A stretch of DNA of 64,000 bases, taken from contig OY769902.1 of NCBI GenBank assembly GCA_963669175.1, forward strand, positions 2,272,001 to 2,336,000, given 5' to 3'. The stretch is from a bacterium (GTDB taxonomy: Bacteria > Electryoneota > Electryoneia > Electryoneales > Electryoneaceae). This document shows positions 10,693-21,534 of the stretch, piece after piece (the first letter of the stretch is position 1; each line of letters begins with the position of its first letter). Under the pieces are notes generated by a model. The model was given only the letters and a program-made list of their open reading frames with translations. It searched no databases and had not been told where the DNA came from. The translations under genes and the position numbers were made by a program.

Positions 10693-12189
10693 CTACTTTT
10701 CGGACCAGCGTTTTAATGCTTCCAGCATCAGCCTTACACCTGCACCGGTTGCATACTGTTTACTGGGTACATAGCTGTAAGACTGTTCTGAGGCTGTCCC
10801 TGCGATATCCAGGTGAATCCAGGGGGTATCATCGACAAACTCCATCAGGAACACAGCCGCTGTGCTCGCGCCGCCGGGACGTCCGCCCGTATTCTTGATA
10901 TCGGCAACCTGGCTCTTGATCTGTTCGCTGTATTCTTCCCAGATCGGTAGCCGCCAGACACGTTCGCCGGTCGGCTCGGATGCAGCTTCGAAAACCTCAG
11001 CCAACTCATCCGAGTTCGTAAACATGCCGGTGCCATGATGGCCAAGCGCGATCACGCAGGCGCCGGTTAGGGTGGCGATATCCAAGATCGCGTCCGGTTT
11101 GACCGTGTCAACCGCATACGCCAGTGCATCACACATGGCAAGGCGGCCTTCGGCATCGGTATTGTCGACCTCGATAGTGATGCCCTTATAACTGGTCAGG
11201 ACATCACCGGGTTTGTACGCCCAACCGTTGGTCAGGTTCTCCGCGGCAGGAATGAAACCATGCACTTTGCAGCCCGGTTTCCATTTTTCCAGCGCCTTGA
11301 AAACGCCGAGTACCGAAGCCGCACCGCACATATCGGTTTTCATGTCACGCATGCCTGCCGCCGGTTTCAAATCCAGGCCACCAGCATCAAACGTGATCCC
11401 TTTTCCGATCATCGCGAAGGTTTTTGCATCTGCTATACCCGGATCATATTCGAGATGGATCATTACGGCGGGACGATTGCTACCCTGACCTACGGCCAAC
11501 AGGGCGCCCATCTTCAGCTCTTCCAGTTTCGCACGATCCAGCACTTCCACCTTGATGCTGTCGCCAGCGAGTTTCAGCGCTTCCTGGGCGAGTGATTCCG
11601 GGTAGATGTCCATCGCCGGGCTGGTTCCCAGATCACGTGTCAGCGTGACACCGTCAACCAGGATAGAGGCGTATTCGACTGCTTTTTCCGTAATTGCTTT
11701 CAGAGCGTCATCCACACTAACCAGTGTCAGCGATTCCATGTCCGGATGCTTTTCCTGATCACGACTGCGGTATTTTGCAAAGCGATATGTTGCCAGGGCA
11801 AAGCCTTCCAGCGCAGCCTGTAAAAAGAGGGTCTGTTCAATAGCTGTTTCGCCGAGCTTGAAACCGATAATGGCGGCATCTTTCACTTTCAATTGACGCG
11901 CCTGTTTTCCTGCGCTGCCATAGGCGCGGCGGATTTTTTCCGGGGTCAGCTTTTCCGGTTTTCCCAACCCGATGAGCAGAACACGTCCGGTCTTGCCATA
12001 CAGGAACAGGGTATCGCCTGATTCACCCTTGAAGTCTCCAGTAGAAACGGCAAGTTTAATTTGTCCCTCAAGCGTCTGGTCAAGCGCTTCCAACTCCATA
12101 TCAGCAACACTTGATCCTTCAAAAAGTCCTGCAACAACCAGTTTCCTGGAAACAATATCAACAGAATAAGAATGAGCCGAGTACTGCAT
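10693..12189 (-). CDS. pepA: Leucyl aminopeptidase (M17)
   Basis: GKGITFDAGG, MKTDMCGAA, NTDAEGRL, DIATLTGA, WIHLDIAG. Confidence 0.96.
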   Translation of the reverse strand: MQYSAHSYSVDIVSRKLVVAGLFEGSSVADMELEALDQTLEGQIKLAVSTGDFKGESGDTLFLYGKTGRVLLIGLGKPEKLTPEKIRRAYGSAGKQARQLKVKDAAIIGFKLGETAIEQTLFLQAALEGFALATYRFAKYRSRDQEKHPDMESLTLVSVDDALKAITEKAVEYASILVDGVTLTRDLGTSPAMDIYPESLAQEALKLAGDSIKVEVLDRAKLEELKMGALLAVGQGSNRPAVMIHLEYDPGIADAKTFAMIGKGITFDAGGLDLKPAAGMRDMKTDMCGAASVLGVFKALEKWKPGCKVHGFIPAAENLTNGWAYKPGDVLTSYKGITIEVDNTDAEGRLAMCDALAYAVDTVKPDAILDIATLTGACVIALGHHGTGMFTNSDELAEVFEAASEPTGERVWRLPIWEEYSEQIKSQVADIKNTGGRPGGASTAAVFLMEFVDDTPWIHLDIAGTASEQSYSYVPSKQYATGAGVRLMLEALKRWSEK

Positions 12190-12234
12190 GTAATCTCCGT
12201 AGTTCAGCCGTCAAACCTCGGCGACGATGAAAGT

Positions 12235-12585
12235 TTACGCAACAGGTCGGTTTTTGTCGTCAACCTTGATGACCTTCGGTGTGAAGCTCTTGTACTCTTC
12301 TTCGGTCAACTCACAGTATGTGACTGCAATGATCAGGTCACCGACCTCACAAAGGTGAGCCGCAGCGCCGTTGACACAAATTTCGCCGGATCCGCGCTTC
12401 CCTTCGATGATGTATGTGGTAAGCCGTGTGCCACGGGTGAGATTGTAGACATCAATCTGTTCCGCTGGAAGCATTCCCGCAGCTTCACGCAGATCCGGAT
12501 CCAGTGTTAAACTGCCTTCATAGTCGAGGTCAGTTTGTGTAACCCGCGCACGGTGAATCTTGCTATGTAAAAATCTACGAACCAT
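12235..12585 (-). CDS. panD: Aspartate 1-decarboxylase
   Basis: SKIHRARVT, YEGSLTLD cleavage site, RLTTY, NGAAAH. Confidence 0.96.
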   Translation of the reverse strand: MVRRFLHSKIHRARVTQTDLDYEGSLTLDPDLREAAGMLPAEQIDVYNLTRGTRLTTYIIEGKRGSGEICVNGAAAHLCEVGDLIIAVTYCELTEEEYKSFTPKVIKVDDKNRPVA

Positions 12586-12650
12586 GTTTGTAAGCCAAAG
12601 TTAGCCAAGTTTAAACTTAAAGTACGATGCTGGAATCCATGGGACAAGCA

Positions 12651-13628
12651 TCACGCCTCCGGGCTGGAACACTGACGAGCGATTTCCTCAACCACTTCAA
12701 GCGCTTTCATCCCGGCAACACCGCTGACCAACGGGGAAGAACCCTCCCGAATGGCCACGAGAAACGCATTAATTTCACGAGCCAGCGCATCTTCTGATTT
12801 TTTAGCGCGTGTCCGTTTAATTGTGACCCTCAAATCCTTATCATCCGCGCCTGGTATCGGTAGAGATTTCGGAGTTCCTGCAGGAACGCGACGGATAATT
12901 TCAGCGCGTTTCTTCTCGAAATCGACGGAAATATAAGCGTCCATCTGGAAAATGCGGAATTTACGCATCCGCTTCATTGAAATCCGGCTTGCGGTCAAAT
13001 TGGCGACACGTTGCCCCGAAAAGGTTATCCGGGCGTTGGCAATGTCCGGCTCTTTCGTGATCAATGGTACGCCCGAGGCATCCACTCGTTCCACCTCATG
13101 GCCCATCCAGTGCAACAAAACATCCACATCATGGATCATCAGGTCATGCACTACGCTCACATCGGCGCCACGCGGGCTGTAAGGAGCGAGACGGTGGGCT
13201 TCGACAAAACGTGGTGTTACTTGAATACCACGTAAAGCAGTCACGGCCGGATTAAAGCGCTCGATATGCCCGACCTGAAGCACCAGCTTCTTCTTTTCGG
13301 CGAGGTTTACCAGCTCACGAGCCTGCTCGGATTTTGCTGTAATGGGCTTTTCCATCAGCAGGTGGCGGCCAGCCTCGAGTACCTGCAAGCCAATCTTATG
13401 GTGCAGAGTTGTTGGAGCAGCGACACTGACGCCATCCACATCCGCCAGCAACGCTTCGATGGATGAATACGCTCGGCATTTTGTTTCGCGTGCGATCTCT
13501 TCTGCGCGAGCCTGGTCCGTATCGTAAACGCCAACCAGTTCAGTCAGTTTATCCGCTGCATGTTTCTGAGCATGGAAGCGTCCAAGCCGTCCCACGCCTA
13601 TTACACCCGTACGTAGTATGTCAGTCAT
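12651..13628 (-). CDS. Gfo/Idh/MocA oxidoreductase (GnnA-like UDP-GlcNAc 3-dehydrogenase)
   Basis: GVGRLG, EKP, GHIERFNPA, DLMIHD, LTASRIS. Confidence 0.85.
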   Translation of the reverse strand: MTDILRTGVIGVGRLGRFHAQKHAADKLTELVGVYDTDQARAEEIARETKCRAYSSIEALLADVDGVSVAAPTTLHHKIGLQVLEAGRHLLMEKPITAKSEQARELVNLAEKKKLVLQVGHIERFNPAVTALRGIQVTPRFVEAHRLAPYSPRGADVSVVHDLMIHDVDVLLHWMGHEVERVDASGVPLITKEPDIANARITFSGQRVANLTASRISMKRMRKFRIFQMDAYISVDFEKKRAEIIRRVPAGTPKSLPIPGADDKDLRVTIKRTRAKKSEDALAREINAFLVAIREGSSPLVSGVAGMKALEVVEEIARQCSSPEA

Positions 13629-13989
13629 GGTATCACCTGTTCAGGGTTTCTGTTGCGCGAAAGGTAGCGGAATGTAAAGTCAAATTCAATAATGATTTTT
13701 GCCATGTCCCCGGGCGGTCGGGTGGTCCGATTCACAAGGTCTAGAGTTGACGCTATAGCTACGAGATGGATACTGCAATTCTGTTTTTACCTGTAGTCCA
13801 ACTTCGAGTGAGTCGGGACTGTGACCAGAGTTCAGTCTTAAAGCTTGGCACAATCCCGACTTTGCCCATCAATTCCTGATCCACTGGAAACTCTTGAATT
13901 TATTTCTCACATGGTAAGAGTATCAATTTGGGAACAAGGCAAAACCGGGCTACCCAGACTTGCTGGAGTTGGAAAGTTATACTGCGTTG

Positions 13990-14553
13990 CGTCAGGTCTT
14001 GACGTGATGATGAGTTTATTGATTGTTCAACGGCTGATCTTTGTTGACATGAGTTTTCGGTTTCTTACGCAGTGGCTCCCGTCATCACGTTGTGACCTGA
14101 CGTCGAACAAACCTCATATAAGTGGCAGGTCACAACGCGACACGATTGTGGTAATATTACCATTCCCATTATTAATCCGTTATATGGTCATGTAGCATAT
14201 CAGTGAATTATCAGTTGTATAGTTGGAATAAAGGAGATGGAAAAAGGGGACAGTTTCCTTTCCCTGAGGCAAAGCCTTCCCGCTGTGAACATGGACCGGG
14301 AAAGGTGGCTGTACCCTTTTTCTTGCGAGCAGGCAGGAATCACACGAATAAGGGGACAGTTTCCTTTTCCATGAATGCTGCAAGCGTATTCTGTATGAGT
14401 GCGAGGAAAAGGATCCCGTCCCCTTTTCCCGGCAATCTCCATTATAACGGAATAATATCGAGACCAGCTATATGTATTGCAGTCTTTATGCAAGTGGATG
14501 TGGACATGAAAAACAGGTAAGATGATTTAAGTCGCGTCAAGACCTGCCACAAC
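13990..14553. repeat. REPIN-like four-motif element (family B, G(T/G)CAGGTC core) with nested family C REPs
   Basis: Motifs at 13990-14010, 14082-14102, 14122-14141 and 14531-14550 form two inverted pairs; same order as 61777-62030 read in reverse. Confidence 0.75.
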
Positions 14554-14648
14554 AAGGAGATGGTTTCCTGCATCTCTTTCCCAGCCGTTTGTAAGCAAAA
14601 CCACCTTACACCTTGCCCTTTGACGCTGTCACAGCCTATTTTCTGCCG

Positions 14649-16133
14649 ATGCCAGACACGGACCTCAAACCACACTCCACGCCGACTTCACGATTTTTCG
14701 GCACGCTGGCCGGACACACCATTGTGTACGGTTTTTCAACCTTGTTGCGTCCCTTGAGTCAGCTCCTGCTGGTACGTCTTCACACCAATACCCATTTCAT
14801 TGATGTCGATGAATTCGCGGCCTGGACACTGCTGCAAATCGCGCTGAATATCGGGATTGTCGTATTGAACATGGGAGTCGCGACAGCCTTTTTCCGTCAT
14901 TACCTGCTGGCTGAGACGGAAGAGGACAGGCAGCGTGTTCTGAGCAGAGCGTTCCGGTTGAGTGTAACCTCGGCTTTTGTATTGGGCGGTGTGCTTTTCC
15001 TGACTGCGGACTGGTGGTCGGCGTGGCTGGTTGGGCAGGGTGGGTATGGCGGCCCGGCGCGTGATGTCGCGCTGGCGATTTTCGGGAATACACTATCTAT
15101 CGTTCCCCTTGCGTTGTTACGTGCGGACAATAAGAAATTTGCTTTTGTCATGTTCAACGTGGGGCGTTTTGTCGCCCTGATCGTATGCAACGCGTGGTTC
15201 CTGATCTGGCTGGACTGGGGGCTTAGTGGTATTACTCGCGCGATGGCGGTGAGCAACATCGGGGTGGTGATCTTCTTCCTGCCCATGGTGCTGCGCAGGC
15301 TGAACCGTGAACGCTGGACCGCAGGTTGGAACGGGATTCTACGGTACGGAATTCCTTTGATCGCCATCGAAATGGTGATTTTTATCCTGAACGGGATCGG
15401 GCAGAAACTGCTTGAAATCATGTCTACGGAGCAGGATGTAGCGTTGTTCGGATTTGCCCTGCGTATTGCTTTCCTGGCACAGGTGTCGATCACGATGCCG
15501 TTTTATGTAGCGTTTCAGCCCAACCTGTTCCGGGTGCAACGGGAGGAGAAAGACCCACGTCCGCTCTACGCCCGCACCATGGGCTATATCTGGACACTGG
15601 CGCTGGCGGTTTCGCTGGGGGTTACGCTGCTTGCGCCTGAACTGGCGAAAATCTTCGGGAAGAATCCATTCTATTACCAGGCAACTCCATACGTTCTTTG
15701 GTTGGCGTTCAGCGTGGCCTTTTACGGTGTATTCGTTGTCTTCTCCAGCGGCGCCAGTTTGAAGGATCGTACCTGGGTATTCCCGCTCCTGTTACTCGTT
15801 GCCGGAATTGGTGAAGTTGTTCTCGGGTATGTTCTGATCCCGCATCAAGGTATTGCTGGGGCCGCGATTGCCACCTTTGCCGGGTATGGAATACTGGCGT
15901 TATTGACCTTTATTTCCAACCAGATGGTTTACCCGATCAAGTTCCCGTGGGGACGTGTTGCGCTGACGACTGTCGTAGCAATCGTGCTGATCGGTGTCCA
16001 GAACTGGGTGGCGTGGGGAAGTTTACTGCCGGTGCGTATCGGTCTGCTGGCGGCATTTCCGGTGCTGCTGGTGCTTGGCGGATTCCTCGATGATGGTGAG
16101 AAGGCTGCGCTGAAACGCTGGCTTTCACGATAA
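14649..16133 (+). CDS. Polysaccharide/oligosaccharide flippase (Wzx/MOP family)
   Basis: About 14 TM; HTIVYG, MGVATAFFRHY, LIP..GIAGAAIAT. Confidence 0.85.
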   Translation: MPDTDLKPHSTPTSRFFGTLAGHTIVYGFSTLLRPLSQLLLVRLHTNTHFIDVDEFAAWTLLQIALNIGIVVLNMGVATAFFRHYLLAETEEDRQRVLSRAFRLSVTSAFVLGGVLFLTADWWSAWLVGQGGYGGPARDVALAIFGNTLSIVPLALLRADNKKFAFVMFNVGRFVALIVCNAWFLIWLDWGLSGITRAMAVSNIGVVIFFLPMVLRRLNRERWTAGWNGILRYGIPLIAIEMVIFILNGIGQKLLEIMSTEQDVALFGFALRIAFLAQVSITMPFYVAFQPNLFRVQREEKDPRPLYARTMGYIWTLALAVSLGVTLLAPELAKIFGKNPFYYQATPYVLWLAFSVAFYGVFVVFSSGASLKDRTWVFPLLLLVAGIGEVVLGYVLIPHQGIAGAAIATFAGYGILALLTFISNQMVYPIKFPWGRVALTTVVAIVLIGVQNWVAWGSLLPVRIGLLAAFPVLLVLGGFLDDGEKAALKRWLSR

Positions 16134-16135
16134 TA

Positions 16136-17104
16136 TCAGTCCTTCAATCCCCACCCGGCAACAGTTCCATATTCCAGAAACAGTGCGATTTCCTTGCCCG
16201 CGCCGAAAGGCATAGCTTCATTGGATCGTGCGACAACCTGCGCCGGTTGCATCAAGCGGAACGTCCATTCGTCCGTCTGGATAACCTCTTCATCAAGGAA
16301 TCCATCCTGTACCACTTGTTCCAGCGATTCAGGCACTGAACTGATGTCTTCGTAATTGTTTCGCAACGCATTATAGATGATCATAAGCCGGTGTTTTATA
16401 TCATCCGCGATGACTGATTTTTTGTAGTCAAGAGTCGGCACAGATTCCGGGGCTTCTGCCAGTACACGCAGCATATGAGATTGCAGCAGTTTTGCCTGGT
16501 CACGCAGAACTGTATCGGGTACCGCGTCAAAGGGCTGATAGGTATCACGAGATGCAATGCTGTCGCCGATACTTTCCATTCGCGCTACGAGATACGCTTC
16601 GCGTACGTTTGCAGTCTTACGCAGAAGGTTTCCGGCTGCCACATCCTTTTCAGTCGTGATGATGCTGTCCGCAAGCATACCGTATTGCTTGACCTGCAAT
16701 CGCAGCCAAAGCTCCATCCGCCATGTTTCCAGCCCCAGGGTATGCTCACGATTTGCCATCATTGCCATGAGCGCCTGGCCCAGTTCCTGGGGTATCTCTG
16801 ACATGATATCACGCATCCCGCCGCTTTTTATCACATGGTCAAGTTCATTGGCGGCGTTGAGAAATTCACCCATCATGGAATCGGCTTGCTGGGCCGCTGA
16901 GACCAGTGATGTTCCCCCTGCAAAATACCTGACACGTATCGAGTCCAGTTTCGGGATGACGTTGAAATAGACAGCGATCATCTTTTCAACGGCAAGCACC
17001 GGTTCCGAGGGCTGGCCCTGCTCTTCCGTAGCATTGGCTGTCGCACAATACGCCAGTAAACCTGCCAGTATAAGGAGGGTGATTGGAAGCCTATTCCCGC
17101 TCAT
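16136..17104 (-). CDS. Secreted hypothetical protein with C-terminal domain shared with 31513-31923
   Basis: Signal peptide; overlaps tgt end; C-terminus resembles ORF 31513-31923. Confidence 0.7.
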   Translation of the reverse strand: MSGNRLPITLLILAGLLAYCATANATEEQGQPSEPVLAVEKMIAVYFNVIPKLDSIRVRYFAGGTSLVSAAQQADSMMGEFLNAANELDHVIKSGGMRDIMSEIPQELGQALMAMMANREHTLGLETWRMELWLRLQVKQYGMLADSIITTEKDVAAGNLLRKTANVREAYLVARMESIGDSIASRDTYQPFDAVPDTVLRDQAKLLQSHMLRVLAEAPESVPTLDYKKSVIADDIKHRLMIIYNALRNNYEDISSVPESLEQVVQDGFLDEEVIQTDEWTFRLMQPAQVVARSNEAMPFGAGKEIALFLEYGTVAGWGLKD

Positions 17105-18224
17105 GACGTTCCCGTTCCAAACCTTCCAGCACATTTTCCGACCACGTCGCAAAATCGCCTGCCTGTATGTGTTCACGCGCCGCTTTCAGCAGACGGAAGA
17201 AGAAACTAAGGTTGTGCGCGGTGCCCAGTTTTGCGGCGAGGATTTCCTTGGCACGGTACAGATGATGCAGGTAGGCCCGGCTGTATGCTGTGCAACAAGG
17301 GCAGGGACAGCCTTCCTCAACCGGGGAATCATCGTCCATGTACTTGGCATTGCGCAGGTTCAAACGGCCGTTCCAGGTGAACAGGGTAGCGTTACGGCCG
17401 TTACGGGTCGGAGTGACACAGTCGAAGATGTCAACACCACGCGCGATGCTGTTCAGGAAATCACGTGGCAGACCCACACCCATCGCATACTTGGGACGAT
17501 CTTTTGGCAGAATCTCGTTGACAATCTCAATCGCTTCGTTCCGCAACCCGGCCTCTTCACCCACTGCCAATCCACCGATAGCGTAGAAGGGACGGTTCAG
17601 CCCGGCAAGCCGTTCCGCTTCACGTTTGCGCAGCTCCGGAAAAAACGCGCCCTGAACGATAGGGACCAGGGTTTGTTCATGACCGTACAACGGTTCACTT
17701 TCCTGGAAGGCTTTAATCCCACGGATCAGCCAGCGCCAGGTACGTTGAGCGGCTTCATTGGCCTCACGTTCATTACAGGGCCAGCCGATCAGTTCGTCCA
17801 ACGGCATCACGAAATCGGCGCCGATATGACGCTGGATCTCGATCACTTTCTCTGGTGAGAACAGGTGGTAGGAACCGTCTATGTGCGAACGGAAGCGTAC
17901 GCCTTCCTCTTTTACATCACGAAAATCGGTCAGGCTCAACACCTGGAAACCGCCCGAGTCCACGAGGATAGGCCGCTCCCACGCCATGAACTTGTGCAGC
18001 CCGCCAAGCTGTTTCAGGATGCCCAGCCCGGGACGCAGGTAAAGGTGGTACGCGTTTGACAGCACAATGTCTGCGCCGAGTTCACGCACCTCACGCGACT
18101 CCAGCGACTTCACTGTCCCCTGAGTGCCCACAGGCATGAATGCCGGGGTTGGGATGTCGCCGTGATCACAATGGATCACACCCGCCCGGGCTTGTCCGTC
18201 TTCTGCTACAATGTCGAAGGTCAT
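17091..18224 (-). CDS. tgt: tRNA-guanine transglycosylase
   Basis: TPAFMPVGT, NAYHLYLRPG, DSGGFQV, AIGGLAVGE, DIFDCV, Zn motif CPCPCC..HN. Confidence 0.97.
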   Translation of the reverse strand: MTFDIVAEDGQARAGVIHCDHGDIPTPAFMPVGTQGTVKSLESREVRELGADIVLSNAYHLYLRPGLGILKQLGGLHKFMAWERPILVDSGGFQVLSLTDFRDVKEEGVRFRSHIDGSYHLFSPEKVIEIQRHIGADFVMPLDELIGWPCNEREANEAAQRTWRWLIRGIKAFQESEPLYGHEQTLVPIVQGAFFPELRKREAERLAGLNRPFYAIGGLAVGEEAGLRNEAIEIVNEILPKDRPKYAMGVGLPRDFLNSIARGVDIFDCVTPTRNGRNATLFTWNGRLNLRNAKYMDDDSPVEEGCPCPCCTAYSRAYLHHLYRAKEILAAKLGTAHNLSFFFRLLKAAREHIQAGDFATWSENVLEGLERERHERE

Positions 18225-18432
18225 CTTCTTCTGAAGTTAGAAAGTTGAAAAGTTTTAAAGTTACAAAGTTAATGAGTGTTAAAGTTCCTCTAGTATTTAT
18301 GAATATTATTGATTGTCAAAAAGTTGTCAGAAATGAATTGATTCTTGCTGTGATGTTGTGGTCTTCAATTCCTAATTAAACGAAGCTCATTCTTAATTCT
18401 TAATTTTTAATTCTTAATTAACTAAACGGTGT

Positions 18433-19800
18433 TTAACGCTCATTTAAAACTGTCCGCACAGCGTCGTCCAGCGTTTTCACCGGGATCACGTCCAGTCCTT
18501 TAGGCGCTTTGCCTTTCCAGCCTGCCGCCGGGACGAGGACATGCTTGAATTTCAGGTGTGCGACTTCAGCCAGGCGTCGATCCAGCCCACTGACCGCACG
18601 TACTTCCCCGGCAAGCCCGACCTCGCCCATCAGAACCGTACTCATATCCACCGGACGATTCAGCAGGGAAGAGGCAATCGCGGTGCAGGCCGCCAGGTCA
18701 GCCGCGGCATCTTCCAGACGTACGCCTCCGGTAGCGTTCAGGAATACATCCTGTCCAGCCAGACCCAAGCCGACCCGTTTTTCCAGCACGGCGATCCACA
18801 AGGCAAGACGTCGCGGATCAACGCCGGTCGCATTGCGTTGCGGCGCCTGAAAATAGGAACGGCTGACCAACGCCTGGACCTCGATCAGCAGGGGACGGGA
18901 ACCGCGTATCACCGGCGCAACCGCCACGCCCGGCGTGTCCGCATCTCGTTCGGACAGGAACAGCCGAGAAGGATCAGACACGCCCAGCAGTCCTTCTCCT
19001 GTCATCTCGAATACACCCAGTTCTCCAGTGGGGCCAAAACGGTTCTTCAGGGTACGGAGAATACGTACGCCCCCGGCATGGTCCCCTTCGAACAACAGTA
19101 CCGCGTCGACAAGGTGTTCGACCACACGTGGTCCGGCGATAGCGCCTTCCTTGGTCACATGGCCCACAAGCGCAACTGTGGAACCGGTCTGTTTCGCCCA
19201 GTCCGTCCACATAGACGCTACTTCGCGTACCTGGCTGACAGTACCCGGAGCGGATTCAAGCTCTGGGTGACGCAAGGTCTGGATCGAATCCACGACAACC
19301 AGCGCAGGCTGAAGCTGACGCGCCCAGTCTATCGCCGTCATCAGGTCCGATTCACCCAGCACCTGGAAATTGACGCTGTCCAGTTTCAGGCGGTCAGCAC
19401 GCATCCGTAGTTGAGCCGGGGCCTCTTCAGCCGTGACATAGAGTACGCCAATGCCACTGGCGGCAAGTGCAGCGGCTGTCTGAAGCAGCAGGGTGGATTT
19501 GCCTACGCCCGGATCACCGCCGACAAGGACACTCGACGCCGCTACAAAACCGCCACCGAGGACACGGTCCAGTTCGGCGATCTTGGTCAGCATGCGTGGC
19601 TTTTCATCCGGACGCAAATCGCCCAGCACCTGGGGGCCGGTTTGTTCGCCCGAAGAGCTACGTCGCGATTTTCCACTGCTTTTCGAAACCACCTCTTCAA
19701 CCAGCGTGTTCCATTCACCGCATGCCGGGCATTTCCCCAGCCAACGTGGTTGCGACGCTCCGCAGGATTGACAGATGTAGCGTGTTTGAGTTTTTGCCAT
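18433..19800 (-). CDS. radA: DNA repair protein RadA/Sms
   Basis: C4 Zn finger, GGDPGVGKSTLLLQ, KNRFG, Lon-like C-terminus GEVGLAGEVR. Confidence 0.97.
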   Translation of the reverse strand: MAKTQTRYICQSCGASQPRWLGKCPACGEWNTLVEEVVSKSSGKSRRSSSGEQTGPQVLGDLRPDEKPRMLTKIAELDRVLGGGFVAASSVLVGGDPGVGKSTLLLQTAAALAASGIGVLYVTAEEAPAQLRMRADRLKLDSVNFQVLGESDLMTAIDWARQLQPALVVVDSIQTLRHPELESAPGTVSQVREVASMWTDWAKQTGSTVALVGHVTKEGAIAGPRVVEHLVDAVLLFEGDHAGGVRILRTLKNRFGPTGELGVFEMTGEGLLGVSDPSRLFLSERDADTPGVAVAPVIRGSRPLLIEVQALVSRSYFQAPQRNATGVDPRRLALWIAVLEKRVGLGLAGQDVFLNATGGVRLEDAAADLAACTAIASSLLNRPVDMSTVLMGEVGLAGEVRAVSGLDRRLAEVAHLKFKHVLVPAAGWKGKAPKGLDVIPVKTLDDAVRTVLNER

Positions 19801-19869
19801 GTCGGAAGATAACCGCATTTGAGCATGAAAAAAACCACCCGATGTTCTATTCGACAATCTTGTTTACAC

Positions 19870-19907
19870 AAAAAAACCGGGACAAATCACAAAAGATCTG
19901 TCCCGGT
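19870..19907 (-). terminator. Intrinsic terminator after the OmpA-domain gene
   Basis: ACCGGGACA..TGTCCCGGT stem followed by a T7 run on the minus strand. Confidence 0.7.
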
Positions 19908-19943
19908 ATTTTGAAATCAACTATCTGAAATCAACTATCTGTT

Positions 19944-21428
19944 TCAGAACGTATCCTTCTTGGCGTTCTTGATGATGATCTCAATACGTCTGTTTTCCGC
20001 ACGACCTTCTGCGGTTTCGTTGGAGGCGACCGGACGATCTTCACCGTATCCGACGGCCTTCACCATTTCCGCTGTCAGGCTGGCGTCATTGGCCAGGAGG
20101 TAGGTACGTACTGACGCGGCACGTTCTTCTGAAAGCGCCTGGTTGGCGGCTTCTCGACCGTACGAATCCGTATGCCCTTCCACCATGATCATGCAGCCTG
20201 GGAATTCCTGGATCGCGCTGAGCACCTTGCTCAACAGGCCGTAGGATTCCGGGCTCAGCGTGGCCTTACCCGGAGGGAAGGTCAGTCCCTTCAGGCGGAT
20301 GATCAGGTCATTGGTCTCGATCATGGTCACAGCTTCGCTCTGCGTGAACAGGCTGAAGATGCGATCGAATTTGGCCTGCTGACGTTTGCGGGCTTCCTCG
20401 AGTTTCTTCTGACGTTCCAGCTCTTCGTTGTAATTACCCTGAAGCTGGCTCAGCTCTTTGCCCAGGCTGTCCGAAAGTGTCTGGAGCGAATCGATCATGT
20501 GATTCTTTTCAACAATCGCTTCGTTCATCCGGAGGCTTTCTTCACGGTTAGTCTCGAGGATGGATTTGATGGTTTGGGCCATTTCAATAATCGGCGGGCC
20601 CATACCGTTGTCATATTGCGGATCAAGGTTCAGCTCGCGAACAACACGTGTCAGGTAACCCTGAATGTCCAGGTACAGCGTTTCATAACCGGAAGCGGAT
20701 TTTTCCAGGTTCTTGGCACGGCTGGTGATGTACAACGCCATGCGAGATTGATACATCGATTCTTCCGCCTTCTGCATGGCATCGTTGGCAGCGTAACGAT
20801 CCTTGTTCAGGATACTTTCGGCCTGCATGGCCAGGTCTTTGGCCTTTTGCAGGGTGACGGGAGCGTATTCATCAGCATCGTTATCCAGGGCTTCAGAAAT
20901 CGCACGCTCCGGCTTGCCGATAATGTTTTCCTTGATGGCGAGCAATTCAGCATCACGGAAGAGACCTTCGGATTCCACCGCACGTTCTTCCGCTGCTTCG
21001 TTTTTCCCCTTTTCCAGGTATGCGACAGCATCTTCCAGCTTTTTCTGAGCGCGGGCATATTGTTCGGGCGCGTACGTACTCGCTTCTACTTCCTGGCAGG
21101 CCTGCCGCGCTTCCAGCATTTTCAGGAACATCTTTTCTGCTATATCGAGCACATAGGCTGCCTGACGGACAGCATCATTGGCGCGTTGCAGATACTTGTC
21201 TACGTTTGCACTACTGGCTCCGGACCTGAATTCTTTCGAAGCACGCTCGTAATTTTCGACCGCATCCCCGAAGTTTTCAGGTGATAGCAGTTGAGCGTTA
21301 CGTGCACGAAGGTCGTCAATCGCCTGCCCGGTCTCGTTCAAGCGTTCTTCGATCAGTTGCGCAGCAGCCGTGCCGATCAATCCGATCATCAACAGCACGA
21401 GCACACTTCCAAGCAACTTCTTCATCAT
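19944..21428 (-). CDS. OmpA/MotB C-terminal domain protein with long helical/coiled-coil N-terminus
   Basis: Signal peptide; VEGHTDSYG..NQALSEERA, GYGE..PVASN..GRAENRRIEI. Confidence 0.9.
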   Translation of the reverse strand: MMKKLLGSVLVLLMIGLIGTAAAQLIEERLNETGQAIDDLRARNAQLLSPENFGDAVENYERASKEFRSGASSANVDKYLQRANDAVRQAAYVLDIAEKMFLKMLEARQACQEVEASTYAPEQYARAQKKLEDAVAYLEKGKNEAAEERAVESEGLFRDAELLAIKENIIGKPERAISEALDNDADEYAPVTLQKAKDLAMQAESILNKDRYAANDAMQKAEESMYQSRMALYITSRAKNLEKSASGYETLYLDIQGYLTRVVRELNLDPQYDNGMGPPIIEMAQTIKSILETNREESLRMNEAIVEKNHMIDSLQTLSDSLGKELSQLQGNYNEELERQKKLEEARKRQQAKFDRIFSLFTQSEAVTMIETNDLIIRLKGLTFPPGKATLSPESYGLLSKVLSAIQEFPGCMIMVEGHTDSYGREAANQALSEERAASVRTYLLANDASLTAEMVKAVGYGEDRPVASNETAEGRAENRRIEIIIKNAKKDTF

Positions 21429-21534
21429 GCCTCCCCTCGCATGCGGTTTACCGCTTTATGCAGTTGGTACTGCCAAACTGTTAGCATCTGGTTAGTATAA
21501 CGAGTTGACCCAATCCTTGTAAAGATACGAATTG

